From Minutocellus sp. GHC0000111 (Eukaryota), in contig OZ361259.1 in NCBI GenBank assembly GCA_977018835.1, positions 806,001-870,000 on the forward strand: a DNA stretch of 64,000 nucleotides, in the 5' to 3' direction. Positions 24,721-37,289 of the stretch are shown here, in pieces; position 1 is the stretch's first letter; every line of letters starts with the position of its first letter. The notes under the pieces are model-generated. The model was not told the origin of the DNA. It made no database searches and was given only the letters and a program-made list of their open reading frames with translations. Both the position numbers and the translations under genes were made by a program.

Positions 24721-25600
24721 TGTGTCTACTCTCTTAGTCTACATTCACTCGGACCTGCGTTGAGCTCCAAGCATGTGGTCGATCGCCAAACTGATCTCGT
24801 CGCCAAATATCCCAACGGATCTGGATTCTGTGCCAAATCCAACTACCCGTATCTCCTATAGATGTAGGTCATCTGCCTACTACGACACTCCCTCGTGACC
24901 GGACATCTAGTACCAGTTTGCTGAGTTTAGATTGTCTTTTGTGCATTGCTGCAATTAATCTGATGAGATCGGCAGTTTGATTTTGAATTTGATTTGAATT
25001 GTTTCCGGGTTACTTTGGGACGACATTTTCTGTCTGGGGTTTCCGGACTCCCTCGTGTCGTCTTGTCACATGCAATTGTGGACGCAATGTAGACTAATGT
25101 TTGTCACGAGTAATTAAGTTTTAGTTTTATGTTGTGAGCTTTAGCATAGTTTATTTGCCATCCCATTAGAAGGCATCTTAGCCTTTCGAATGTAGTTTTG
25201 TCGGTGGCTTTTGTCAAGATGTTGCCCAGTTGCATGCAGATTCTGTCTTCGAGACTTTGATGTGACCATAGCGCACTTGGTCTCTGAAATGGTGCCATTT
25301 TACAGCTAGATGTTTATTTCTTGGCTTAATCACATGTTGATCTTTTGTGGCTAGCACGATGCATCCAGAGTTGTCTTCGTGGACCTCAGATGTGCTCATC
25401 GCTTTCATCTGTGCAAACGAAGGTTCTAATTCTAGTTTGTGGATGGTGTGCTTGGTTATTTCTTCAAGTAGTTGTCTCATCGGCAGGAGAGTGCGCATCA
25501 TCGTTGATGGCACAATGTGTTCTGCTTCCGTTGTGCTGAGAGCTGCTTCGGTCTGCAGCTTGCTAGCAGACCAAGTTGCTGGATGGACAGTTGCAGTGTG
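24721..25600 (-). mobile_element. Copia 3' end: RNase H fragment, PPT and 167-bp LTR (24721-24887)
   Basis: ASKLQTEAALSTTEAEH, VHEDNSGC, KHLAVKWHHFR, then purine-rich GAGGGAG immediately before a TG..CA LTR. Confidence 0.85.
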
Positions 25601-26016
25601 GTGTTATGATAAGTCCTGTTCTAGAGAGGACCGAATCGCGAAGTTCAGCGAAGTCTTGTGGCGAATGACCGCGCCGTGCTTGGCTCGGTGCCCCATGTGA
25701 TGCAGAGGACTGCGGCAGCCACCACCCGCCGAGGCGTGTGTGCCGGCGGCGTCGATGGCAACAAAAGCTGGTGATTTGTGATCTTCCATGAGTTCGAACA
25801 AATGAGCGTGGTTGGTGTCATTAGGGTCGAGGCGGAGCTTAGATTTGAGTTCATCAGCCATGGCTTGATAGTTGAGAGGGGGGTGAGGTGATGCCGCAGT
25901 TCGCACGGTTGGGGACACGTCGCTCGCTCAAGAGCGGGGCATGGTCGGTCCAATTGATTTCCGGGCTGGAATGGGGTTCGAGGTCTGTACGAGTTCGGAT
26001 GTATGATAATTTTCAT

Positions 26017-26269
26017 GAAAAGCCAGAAAGGGGATTAGGGCCTCTAGATTATCTAGAAGCCCATGGGATCGGTGCCAGTGGCATTGAAGAGATCCCTAAT
26101 CCTTGCGAAAATTGGAGGGTAGCAAATTAAACGGGGTGACCATTTGCCCTGAAATTGGCCCAAACCTGGCAGTTTCCGTCTGACGCTTCTCTTTTGTATG
26201 TGTTTCGCCTTTCGGCGATTCCTCACGTAAAATTAGAACGTTCACTCTTTGCAATACGATGAATTGAAT
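26017..26269 (+). mobile_element. Solo Penelope-like 3' terminal fragment
   Basis: Clearly alignable to the reverse complement of 17198-17456. Confidence 0.92.
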
Positions 26270-26359
26270 TTTCTACGTAGACATTTATCAGATCGACATG
26301 CAGTCATTCACTGGCACTGATTCTGAGGTCAGGATTATTTTAGCATCGGGTTATTATCT

Positions 26360-26682
26360 ATGGACAAAGTAGAGTATGCCAACAATATCATAGTGCCCTT
26401 CGCTTCCAAAGTATGCGCTCGCAATGCTGCTATGGCCGTCAAGTCGATATTTTTTCTCACTCTCCCGCTGTTTGCGTTTTTAATGCTAGCACGTGATGCC
26501 AAGAATGGCGTGCCCAGGGAAATACCTACCTCTTTTTTCTCAACTACGACAAATAGATCCATTCTGAAACACAAATCCACTGATGGTGAACATTGTTTTC
26601 TGGTAACTGGTGTTGCTGGGTACATTGGCTCACACATGGCACTCAGTTTATTGGAGAAGGGCGAATGCGTTCTAGGAATTGA
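26360..26682 (+). pseudogene. Membrane-anchored NAD-dependent nucleotide-sugar 4-epimerase (GalE / UDP-arabinose epimerase-like), 5' part
   Basis: TM segment followed by FLVTGVAGYIGSH (GxxGxxG); interrupted at GGAATTGA. Confidence 0.85.
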
Positions 26683-26901
26683 GTCGCCGCAGCACCTCGG
26701 TCCAGCCAAAGTACAAATGAAATAGCTCTTGAGTTCAGATACTCAAAAAGTGAAATGACACAACAGTAAATGCATGAACATTTCATTTGATTATATTTAG
26801 CTAAGCCAACACCAATTACGAGTACCTAGGTACAATGTTTTAACAAGCATATTTCAAATTGCTCAACTTACTTACACATGCACACTTTCATGTCGATGGA
26901 A

Positions 26902-29260
26902 TCATTTTTGCGTCTCGGAAGGAAGAGTTCCATTGAGGCGGATGCATATGCGCCGCTTCCATTCTTTTGTTTCTTTCTCCCAAGTTGACTTCCATTTGTT
27001 TATGCCAAGAATAGGTTTCCCAAGCGCATTGCAAACATTGCGCCACGTTTCCTAGTCCAAATGGGCAGGCTTTGCAGAAATGCAAGCTGCGAGATATTTG
27101 CTCTGAAAAACGCTGATTTTGTCGATTGTGGCCGTTCCCGTGTTCTTTGATAGTGCCATCGACATTGCAACGAGCTTTCCATAGACATTTCTATCCAGCC
27201 ATGACTTCTCATTCAGCTCAAATGCACCAGCAATAATGCCCAGCGGCGGATACAGGGTGTCCTCAGCAAAGCCAAAAACGTCTTGAAACATGTGCCAGGC
27301 ATCATCCTGGTCAGTCATGGTGTCAATGTACAAATGAGAAGAAACAAAGTAAGGCATTCTTGGTTTGCCTCCCTTCTCGTCTCTGGGGGATCTATACCAG
27401 TAATGCGTCACAGTCTCTTGTTGCTTTTCCAACGAAGCGATTGTGCCAGAATCCTCCCAACGGACAATCTTAGGTGACGCGAGACTCATGTTGGAAATCA
27501 TTGATTGAAGATCCCTCTCGAACTCATCTGTATCTACTACATTTCTTCCTGCTTCCAGGAAACACGGCCTACTCAACTTCATCTCATCACCTCCAAGATG
27601 GATAAAGGGACTTGTATGGAATATTTCTTCCAGCTCACCCAATGAAGTTTCAAGGATAGACATTAAGCCTGCGTTTTGATGGTTGAGAGGAATGCCCCAT
27701 GCCTCCTCGCAGAAGTATTTTGGGCAATTTACAATAAGACCAGGGATGCCGGACCACCCCCCTGCATGGCCCGGAATATTTAATTCTGGCATTATGAAAA
27801 CTCTCCTTTCGGTGGCAAACCCGACGAGGTGCTTCATTTCTTCCACGGAATATACACTACCACCTGGAACAGAAGGTACTGCTAGTTCAGGATAGGAATC
27901 AAACTTCAACATGAATGATTGATCATCAGTCAACCTGAGATGTAGCAGATTGAAACCAAGCTTCGCAATGAAGTCAACAATATCCTTCAAGTCTGAAATG
28001 GAAAAATACACACGAGCAGCATCCACAAGTACCCCAGCATATCGAACACGTCGATTATGATGCATTGGCTCCTTCATGTTGCCGATATTGGAGTAACTGT
28101 CTCCCTTGCTACTATTATTCTTTTTGACATCAGAACGATTGCATGGGTAGATATCAGAGTCGGGACATGCATCAAAGCCAAAATAGTCCCAACCATACTT
28201 GTCTTCTCTTTTGCGATCTATTCCAAGCTTCTCTTCATCCATCCACATTCCGCGGTGCGGCTCCAAACATCTTGGCAGGCGCTTGCTGGACTGGGATGGT
28301 TTCCTGACAGTAAGACCTTGCCCTCCGATTGGTTGCATAAGTGTGTGTGCCACAAGATATTGTCTGGTGACAGCCCAGCCTTTCTCATTTGATTTGTCCT
28401 CCATTAGTAGTTTTGATGCAACAACATCAGGACGATCATCATCATCAACGCCACTTTCATATCTTGCCATGAAGTCCAACAGGAATGGTCTAGTCATTAT
28501 CCAACCAGAGGCACCAATACCAGTCCCAACAAAGTACCGCGATTGTGTTTTAGCGATTCTCTCCAACTCGGAGAGTGAAACACAGAGTGTATTATCAGAT
28601 TCCATGTAGAACAAATATTGCGATTGAGTATGATTGGCAACATAATGAAAGATCTGCAGCATTTTGGCCTTGTAGCATCTTATCGAGTAATACTTCACAT
28701 GTAGCACCTCCAATCTTGCGCCCATTGAGGTAGAGCTGCATCTGATTGCTACTTGCAGGAATGGTCTCACCATCCACATTGATGTAATCGAAAATGTACA
28801 TGCCAAATGGAGGATCAATTGCAACCATCCGATTTGCGTCACGCATCATGAATGCAAAGAGATTATTATCTTGTAAGACGTTTTGTTTGCGATGTTCATA
28901 TGTTCTTGTTTCATTTTGAGGAAACCAGAAAGAAGCTGTTACAGAAGCGAGCTTGTTGCTGCTACTGTTGAGAAGATACTACTGTTGAAACAGTATGACG
29001 CTACCACAACACCACCCCAAGTAGTAAAGGCTGCCACAATGATGATGTCATTTATTTTTGTGCAAGTTACTTACATTTGCATCTCTCTGCACGAAGCTGT
29101 TACAGAAGCGAGCTTGTTGCTGCTACTGTTGAGAAGATACTACTGTTGAAACAGTATGACGCTACCACAACACCACCCCAAGTAGTAAAGGCTGCCATAA
29201 TAATGATGTCATTTATTTTTGTGCAAGTTACTTACATTTGCATCTCTCTCTGCATTTCAT
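26902..29260 (-). pseudogene. Glycosyltransferase-like domain fused to a GH20 beta-N-acetylhexosaminidase; disrupted
   Basis: GH20 motifs GVLVDAAR, HLRLTDDQSF, PELNIPGH, IHLGGDE. N-terminal YLFYMESD..GIGASG..LPRC domain. Frameshift at ~28716, premature TAG at 27052 (frame continues to 26902), stops in the 5' part. Confidence 0.8.
28932..29254. repeat. 161-bp tandem duplication in the 5' end of the GT-GH20 gene
   Basis: Units start at 28932 and 29093, with two substitutions and one CT indel. Confidence 0.95.
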
Positions 29261-29366
29261 GCATCTTCGGAATTTTCGTGCTTACACACATTTCAACTGT
29301 GGTGCCGGTTTACGGGCCGTAGTACGTAGGGTGCACTTTCTGGCATAGCTCTCGGTAGGACCGAGG

Positions 29367-29545
29367 ATTGACAACCTTTCGCGAGGATCTTTGAAAGCAG
29401 CACATTTACTGGAGACGCATCAACGTTTTGTTTTTGAGACGATGGACTTGGGGAATGCCGCAGCACTGGATAATTTCTTTCTGGCAAATTGCATTCACAC
29501 TGTCATCCACTTCGCTGTGATTGCATTCACCGGCGACTCTTTCCC
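29367..29545 (+). pseudogene. Continuation of the split epimerase gene; 3'-truncated
   Basis: IDNLSRGSLKAA..MDLGNAAAL..VIHFAVIAFTGDS joins in frame to 26682. Confidence 0.85.
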
Positions 29546-29994
29546 AACATGGAGCCGATTGGCCCACCGTGCCTATCACCGTTGAGCCGACCGCCCTTTT
29601 GCGATTGCTGCAACTTTCGTCACGACAACAACATCATCACAGAGCCATTTGCTGCTGAAGATGTTGAAGTAGCCGTCAATGAGCTGTCTCCCCGTTCGAC
29701 TCAGAGCATCGAGTGTGCTGCTATGTCTGATGATAAATGCTCTTACTAATGCTACAGTAGCTGCAGTAATAGCGTCGGTTGACAAAGACACAGTAGTACC
29801 CATGCCGAGAAGAAGCATGAGGAGCAGGTCAGCCAGACTTAATCTGGCAGCTACTTTCGAAGGATTTGTTCCAGCCAACAATCCTGATTCCTGGCGAGAC
29901 CGAGACTTGTGAAGTGGTCCTATTGACACCATGTGATTTACAATCTTTTTATGTTTATGTGAAATTATGATGTGTGCTCTTGCTAATGCAAGTG

Positions 29995-30073
29995 CGGCTA
30001 CCTATTTTCGAATAGGGTTCTATTAGATAGACTTAAGCTATACTTAGCAGGACGACACCACCACCACCACCAC
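29995..30073 (+). mobile_element. Short retroelement-like 3' end with (ACC)n tail
   Basis: GGCTACCTATT..GGTTCTATTAGATAGACTTAAGCTATACTTAGCAGGACGACACCACCACC; the same end occurs at 15605, 47686 and 58161. Confidence 0.55.
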
Positions 30074-30117
30074 GCACTTTCTGGAATACATGTACGTCAG
30101 AGTAAAATAACTTCAAG

Positions 30118-31266
30118 CTAATACAATTTTTTTGGGAGATAGTCGCGGAGCTGCTGATGATAGATTTTGAGTGCGTAGTCATAAACAGCTGCATCCCCTT
30201 CCAGCATGTTTTTCAGACCAACTGCTACATCTGGAGTAAAGTCTTCAATGCTCTCATGCTTAAGTTTGGAGGGCCCGTTGTTTCTGTTTAGAGCTGGTGC
30301 GCCTACCACATGACCCTTCAGCCAAGGAACGGCCGACTCAACTAACAGTGCGGACTTTCCCCAATCTTCCGTCACAACGATCACACATTCTTCTAAGACT
30401 TTTTGAGCTTCATTGACCTTCTCTTGCGCTGTCAATGAGCTCGCTCTGCGCTCACTGAAAACATGTGGCAAATGCGCCGACAAATATTCTAACATTGTAT
30501 TGTTTGCCCATGTTTGGATGATGGTGGTCAGTTCCTCGAGAGACATATCCTTCAGCTGCCTTCCCTGGTAAAACGCGTTCTCCTTTTCAATAAAATAATA
30601 ATAGTGGGAAACAAATCTTGAGATGGGCTCACGGACTGCGATAAGACAACGAAATGTTGATGTCATCGAACTTTTGACACTTTCATCCGGGAAATAGGTC
30701 AAGTTACGCCCACACTTTGCTTGCCGGCGATCCTCTGTCCAGCCTTTTGCCAGCGTGCTGAGCAGGCCCGTTGAAAAATGACCAGCGAAAATGTCGGAAC
30801 AAGTCGCCCTTTCATCAATCAATGCATTCCCCCTAAAAATATCCTCCTCGGTAGTTGCACATGGGATAGAATCATAACACGGAGCAAACACCTGTTTTTG
30901 AATGGACATAGCTGCATTTACTAATTCTTCACGTAACGTGCTCCCCCCACACTTAGGGATGTGGAAGAAGACAAAAGGACATTCCATAGACATATTTGGA
31001 GATTTTACATAATTGAATAAGGTTCTCTCAAAAAGATCTCCAGAACGGTCTTGCCTGATCATTGCATAATTGTTCGATGAAGTAAGATCTGCACGTCTCG
31101 GGCCTCCTGCTTCTGTGTTGTTTCCATCATCGCAGTGTCTTTTTACAACAGCATTGGTGTCGAGGAAATTACCACAAGAAACAAAACGGAATCCGATGAT
31201 GAAAAGGCAAATAATATTCGCAGTGAGGATGAACACACACCCGATTTTTCCCTTTAAAAGTGCCAT
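30118..31266 (-). CDS. Golgi-type (type II membrane) carbohydrate sulfotransferase
   Basis: Intact 382-aa ORF with an N-terminal TM, 5'-PSB FFHIPKCGGST and 3'-PB VREPISRFVSHY. Confidence 0.88.
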   Translation of the reverse strand: MALLKGKIGCVFILTANIICLFIIGFRFVSCGNFLDTNAVVKRHCDDGNNTEAGGPRRADLTSSNNYAMIRQDRSGDLFERTLFNYVKSPNMSMECPFVFFHIPKCGGSTLREELVNAAMSIQKQVFAPCYDSIPCATTEEDIFRGNALIDERATCSDIFAGHFSTGLLSTLAKGWTEDRRQAKCGRNLTYFPDESVKSSMTSTFRCLIAVREPISRFVSHYYYFIEKENAFYQGRQLKDMSLEELTTIIQTWANNTMLEYLSAHLPHVFSERRASSLTAQEKVNEAQKVLEECVIVVTEDWGKSALLVESAVPWLKGHVVGAPALNRNNGPSKLKHESIEDFTPDVAVGLKNMLEGDAAVYDYALKIYHQQLRDYLPKKLY

Positions 31267-31334
31267 AATAGAAGAAATTATACATGTACAACCGGTTCTA
31301 CTTGTATGGAATCGCCAGTCTTCTTTGAGACAGC

Positions 31335-31427
31335 GCTCTACTACGTAGGCCTAGCTAGGCTACATGTAGCCTACAACTCTACTACATGTAGCTACGTACT
31401 AGTACCGTACCTAGGCCTAGGTACGTG
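31335..31427. promoter_or_regulatory. TA-rich palindrome tract upstream of the sulfotransferase
   Basis: CTACTACGTAGGCCTAGCTAGGCTACATGTAG..GTACTAGTAC..CCTAGGCCTAGGTACGT. Confidence 0.4.
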
Positions 31428-31429
31428 CA

Positions 31430-32799
31430 TCCCCTGTGGCCCCTGCTCAGCCGCAGCTCCTCCCCGCCAGGACGAGGAGGCCGACGCGGTCCTGCCTGCG
31501 TCGGCCAAAATGGCCAGCCAACAGCTCCCCGAGTTCTTTTTTCTTTTTTTGACGATGCGGGGTTGAAATTCCCTGCCAGGTACGATTGTCCCTTGCGCAG
31601 GTTGTGGCTTTGACCCAACCACGAGGAGAGCTTTTTCCCGACCATCCCGACCAAATTGGGTTTCTACAAAACAACAAACCCACAATGCAAACAGGAAAAA
31701 AAGAATGCTTTCGAACCATGGTAAGTTGGATGTTGTCTGGAAAGAAAACAGGAGAAAGTCTAAATTTCACAACCAAATCAACAGCCTGAGCATTGAGATG
31801 CACAAAAAATCCCAAGAAGGCACCAAGGGTACATTCCCTGGCAGCCTTACCTCTTGGATTCCAGTTTCAGCGAGCAAGTCAAAAACTCTCTCCACTGTCG
31901 TTTTTTGAGCAGAATTTTTGCATGTGCAAAGAAACTTGGTCTCCGGAGGCTCCCATCGGAACGATGTGGACCTCCTCCTCCGTGCCTCCAACGACAGATC
32001 CAGCGCATCTAGCAAACCCGAGGGTGCCTATTGGTAACAGCACCCTCTCCCCAGATGCTCGCCCTTTCTTTGCCCCGAGAGCCAGCGCCTCCTGTTTTTA
32101 CCCGCAGAACTCCACCCAGACGCCTGCGCAAAATGCCGAGAAGGACCTCCTCCCTTCCCGGCAGTCAAAGTCATCACACACCTTCACTTGCGTCGACCCA
32201 TGTGCCCAATCGGAACCCGCCACCCACCAGGCCACACGCCGCAAGCCCACCGGCGCACGAGCTTTTCTCCGTTCTGAAAAGATCGACACAATCAATCTGA
32301 ACGGCATGAAAGTTAGGAAAGGATCATCATCATCATCACCATCGTTAGTTACCTCATCATCATCTGAACATTCCACATCGTGCTCGAGCAACTTTGACCC
32401 ATCGAACCCGCCGCTAAATGCCCCCGGGCAAGCAGAAGGCAGTGAATGGAAGCTCGATTTTATTGTTGAAACCATGGAGGAGGAGAACACATGTGCCACC
32501 CTCGTCCAAGAAACCTGGAGAACCGGCCCCGAAAGCCCAGAATTCATAAGATCGAAGAACTCAGGCAAATCGTTCCATGTCACATGCAACAGTGCGTCCG
32601 CGGCGACCAATGGCTCCTCCAGAGGGAAAGGTGGCACTGCCATTATCCTGTCCCCCAGAGCACATAAGGACTTCAAACGTGCTGGAGCAAAAGCAAATTT
32701 AGGAGCTGAAGTTGCTGGCTCAGCCCGATTCATCATGCTCAAGATGAAAGATCATGCCGGCGACAGCATGGACGTGGCCCTGTGCTCCGCCTATTTCCC
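31430..32799 (+). mobile_element. LINE remnant, copy 2 (5' region and start of endonuclease), cut bluntly at 32799
   Basis: 31814-32799 is near-identical to 12827-13806. The 5' boundary is uncertain. Confidence 0.88.
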
Positions 32800-35700
32800 A
32801 ATTTTCCGCCATACTGCCAAAGTTGTGGCTTCCTTACATCGCATTCATTCATACAGTGTTTGCCGTATCACCACAACATTGGAACTGTTCGCTATGTGAA
32901 GCATGAGGATGTCTTGGCCTTCTTGCAGAGAGATCAGGAGTCGACAGCACATATTTCATTAATGCACATCAAATCCGACTGTTCCGAACAGGTTGGAACC
33001 ACAACTCAAGAGCCACTGAAATAGAGAAACAGAGAATATTGTTGAGTGGCAACCCAGTACAGTACGTGATGTGGAATTGCCAATGGCAGAAATGGCGGCA
33101 AGAATGATACAGCATAGAATCAATAGTCAGAAATGGCGGCAAGAATGATACAGCATAGAATCAATAGTGACGCAGACATGGTTCGTCACTATAAGAGCCA
33201 TTTTGACCCTCGTCTTATCGTATTTCCGGATGAAATCAATGTAGGTGATTTCATTGAGTACTACGTGAGTGATGAGAACGGATGGCATGGAGCTGACGTT
33301 CTGAATGTAAGCAAGAGTGAATCAAAAGGGAAGAATGAAACAAACAATTCCCTGGAATGGGTCAGAGTCGGGCTCCACTTTCGTTTGGATCAGAAATTCA
33401 CTGTTTTAAAGTATATTCCATTTATGGGATCGTGGCGAAAGCCTTGTTGTCATCCAAAGACTTCCAACTCTGCTGACTATGTATTCAATAACGGCACCAT
33501 CTATCACGGTGTATCTACCGATAGCAGTAAGAATTCAAAAAAAAAAAAGGAAACAGTAAGAACTCCGGGAAAAACTTCTCACCAAACAGGCCCAGCAAAA
33601 TTCTGGAAGGTTTGAATGTTTCACCAAACAGGCCCAGCAAAATTCTGGAAGGTTTGAATGTTACGGAGAATAAAAGATTGTTCTCCGAACACCTCCATCA
33701 CGCATTGGAAGAGTATTTTGCCAACCATTCACCCCTTAATGGCAACGAGTGTAAACCAGACGGCGCAGAGGCCAAGTACACTAGAGCCTTAAAGGAAGCA
33801 ATGGCTCAACCAAAGGATAAGAGAAAATTTCTCAGCGAAGAGCACTGGGGTGGGTTACATCCATGCCCACTCATTCTTCTGTTTTACTATGAAGAAACTA
33901 ACGATCAGGATATGGACGATTTCGTGAAATTCTATAACAGTTTTGACCCTCAATGCATCAAATTCGCCTTGCCCTGGGACTTTGTTGATTCTTTAGAAGT
34001 TGAAAGACATCAAAAGAAGACAGGATTTCAATTCATTTTGTCTCGCGCGGTACTCAGATCAGAATAGAGTCATAAATGATGCTTTGAGCATTATTCGCAA
34101 AAGTTGTGGACCTTACTGCTTAGTGTCCGTCAATGACATGGACCACTACCTCGTCTGGCGGTATCAAGAGGAGGGATTGGAATTGTACAAGTATGATTCC
34201 TATTCAGATGCTGTAAGACTGTACATGTACAGTTTCTTGACTACTCCTGGGTGTGGCAACAAGGTTGGTGGCGCTACGGTTTGTGCCTACTTTTGGCGAC
34301 AAGAGGGATTATTTTTGTGTGTGTCTTACTTGTTGTTATTTCTAATGGAAGCCTTGCATTGTTGACATTTCTAATCTCACTCTACAACTCTTAGAACATC
34401 CACGAGACCATGGTCGCACCATGCACCTGCTTCCTCAAGAACAATGCCATCTATGAAAAGACAGGACGGCCATTGTTCAGTGAATATGGTGTCAACAATT
34501 TGTTTCATCCCTCAACGAATTTTTTTGTGCCGCCAAACTTTGTTGGGACTGAAAGTATTGGCACCGTGTTTTCGAACCTCGATCCGCCCTTGGAACCAAT
34601 TGCGCACCACACTATGGGGGACCACATGCCTTCCTTTAATCTCACTAATCAGATTACTCCTGCGGTCATTCATCTGCGGAAGGCTGGTGGAATCACGCGT
34701 TCCATTGAAAGATACACAAAGTTTCTTGATGGGTCGAGGCGCAATCAATGGTCTTCCTTTGAAGGGACCGTTGGAGAGGCAATGGCATGCGCGCAGAGAA
34801 ACCCTAAGTGGCTCATTAGAAAGAAAAGGCTTTGCGGCAAGGTGAAAGAAGTTTCAAACATTTTTGCAGCTGTGGTCCAAAGAAAAAATGCCTGAATGCG
34901 GGAATTGACCAAGTGACTTGTAACAGTGAGCTGCCTTGTTGCGTTACCATTACTGCCTCTTGAAGACTGAATTTGGCATAATTATGGTTTCAGTTTGCCC
35001 ATTGTGTGTCATTAAAGTTGTATGGGAGGAGTACTGGTGTGTCCCAAATGGTGCATTGTCTGGGCAGTATTTCTTTAGTACCTGGGCGAATTCTGAGATT
35101 AGACTTTTGGTCTCTACAATTAAAAATGGAATTGACAATCCCAAGACCAAGCATGTGTGTATGTGCGGCTCATTGGCGGATCTCATTGTCTTGTGTCCGC
35201 TGTGCAAGGAATTGGCCAAATAAGGCCAAATGCTCAGACTGGTGGTAAAAATTGTGATTAGCACTGCAGATGATGAAGCGAGAATTCGGAGTGACTCTCG
35301 CGATGACACCAACCGAGCTGTAGCTTTGATGAAGAGTTGGTGGGAAAAGGTCGAGGAAGGAGAAGCTTTGGTGTAGGGGTATTCTGCACTTTATTACGAT
35401 GACTCTACGACGAGTGCTTATTGCATTCGAGCTTGTGAACCATTCCCCCTACTTAAGCAAAGTGGATTCAATGGGATTCTAAGACCAGAATACTCGGGTG
35501 CTGAAAAAGCGCAAAGCCTTCGAATGGCGTTCGGGGATGGCTTCCAATTAAAGTGGTTTGTTTGATGTAATTTCTTGATCCTAATCGAGTGAAGGCCAAA
35601 TTGAGAAGGGAGATTATTCAGTTCCAAAGCCAGCTCAGTGATATTTCCCTTCCAGGAGTGTCTTCCGTATGTCTTCATTTGGAAAGGCCACTAGCCCTCG
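32800..35700 (+). pseudogene. Large fragmented coding region of unknown function (copies on minus strand at ~43390-46900 and ~53860-57380)
   Basis: Chain of same-strand ORFs (33133, 33612, 34000, 34410, 34936) broken by stops, frameshifts and 41/42-bp duplications; probable intron at ~34280-34394. Confidence 0.45.
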
Positions 35701-35983
35701 TTTTCTCGGGGACCGAGATCCTGACGGAGGAAGCCGAGTTCTAGGTGAAAACTTAGGTCTTGGAGTTGGTTCAATCAATCATGTCCATCTATGATCAATC
35801 ATAGTGTCTAAGCTAGAATCTGGAACAACTAGACGTTGACGCTGATTGATTGCTCCAACATGTTGACCACACTTTTTCTCCTCTGTCCAGTCGATGCTGA
35901 CCTCCGACCCCACTTCAACCATGAAAATGACAGGACATGAGCAGCAGCAGCACTTTTACCTCAACTGAGGCGCGTACAAAGAT

Positions 35984-36940
35984 TTGGTCCAGTGCGCGAC
36001 TTGCCTTCTCTGCTTTTTATCTAGGCAGAAATGGCCTAAGATGCAGCCCCATTTGGAAAGTGTAAATCACATTCTTGATGAGCTTGACGATGATGTCCGG
36101 ACGAAGATGGCAGCAAAACTGGTGATGGAGGCCGGAGTTGTCCCCCACATTATTGTTACCACCATGTTAGACGAGCCTGAGCTTGCTTATGGAGTGGCCA
36201 TACTTGAAATGCATGTGGCGGCCATGAGTCTGAAGAAGATTGGCAGCGGCGTGATGATGAGAGGTGGAAGGAAATGGTGTTTCTAGGTCTGTCAACGTGC
36301 TTCTTCGGCTGGTGCGGCACGCTCTGCTGAGCCACAGCTGCAGCAAGGCTATTTTAATAAGTGGAGCCATGACCAAGCCCTTCAGCACTTGCAGAGAGCA
36401 ATTTATGACTACAAGGACAGCAGCGCCCTTGCCGCTATTTGCACTCGCTTCCGCTCAGGTCGAGCCATTGAGGCAAATGCAAGAAAGGTGCTAAAAAAGG
36501 CGGCAGATTCTCAGACCGGTGAGACTGTTATCAATGGGACATCTATTAGGCAGTCTCAATTTAGAAATTTTATACCCTGAGCAAATGCGGAGGTTGATGA
36601 GGCTCTCAAAATATTGATTCCATCAGAGAATCACAGAAATCTCTTTTGTAATGTGCGCAATCCCAACAAACACTTCTGTGATTTACAAGAATGACAGCGG
36701 CGCAGAGGAAAGACTGTATTTGAAGGATGTTGCTATTTCTTATGATGATCCGGATGCCGGTAAGTGAAATTTCATCATTTATTTTACATTTTGTAAATGA
36801 AGTCTAACAGTGTTTTTCCTTTCTTTCATTTTCATCGCAGAAGCATTCAGCTCTGCCTTGCATCGAGGGACGCCTCCATCGAATCCATTGATTGTTGCAT
36901 TGTAGCCGCTGTCTATTTCTACCAAGTTGAGCTCTAACCT
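35984..36940 (+). pseudogene. Fragmented gene of unknown function with an intron (~36760-36840); copies at ~42150-43105, ~52620-53577 and ~63095-64000
   Basis: Overlapping ORFs 35984-36580 and an AT-rich GTAAGT..TCGCAG intron. Confidence 0.4.
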
Positions 36941-37289
36941 GAACTGGCTGGTCGAATGTTTATTTTCCCTTTGAAGCCTAGTCTAAACGATTTTTGACCA
37001 TGTCATTTTTTTTGTTTTCGTTTCTCGATTTCTTCGGAATAGCAGGCGTGTTAATTAAGGCACAGCAGATAATTAGGACTCGACTCTCTCTCCCTCCCTC
37101 TTAATGCCAAAATTCATTATGAGTGGGGTAGATAGAATCAAACAACTGTTCGGCATGTGCGTTTTGAATTTGTTTCTGCGTTAAGTTTTTATAATGCGAC
37201 TGGCAATCACATGCATCTCTACCTCAATGGGCACTGTGAAGAACACTCTCAATAAAATTCTATGAGGCCAAACTGTTGTGAGGATTTTG

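Noticed and set aside
26017..26269. TA versus CA/TG differences as classical RIP (CpA->TpA)
   Set aside because: The TA-containing state keeps conserved Tyr codons and the degraded regions are TA-poor, so the polarity is the reverse.
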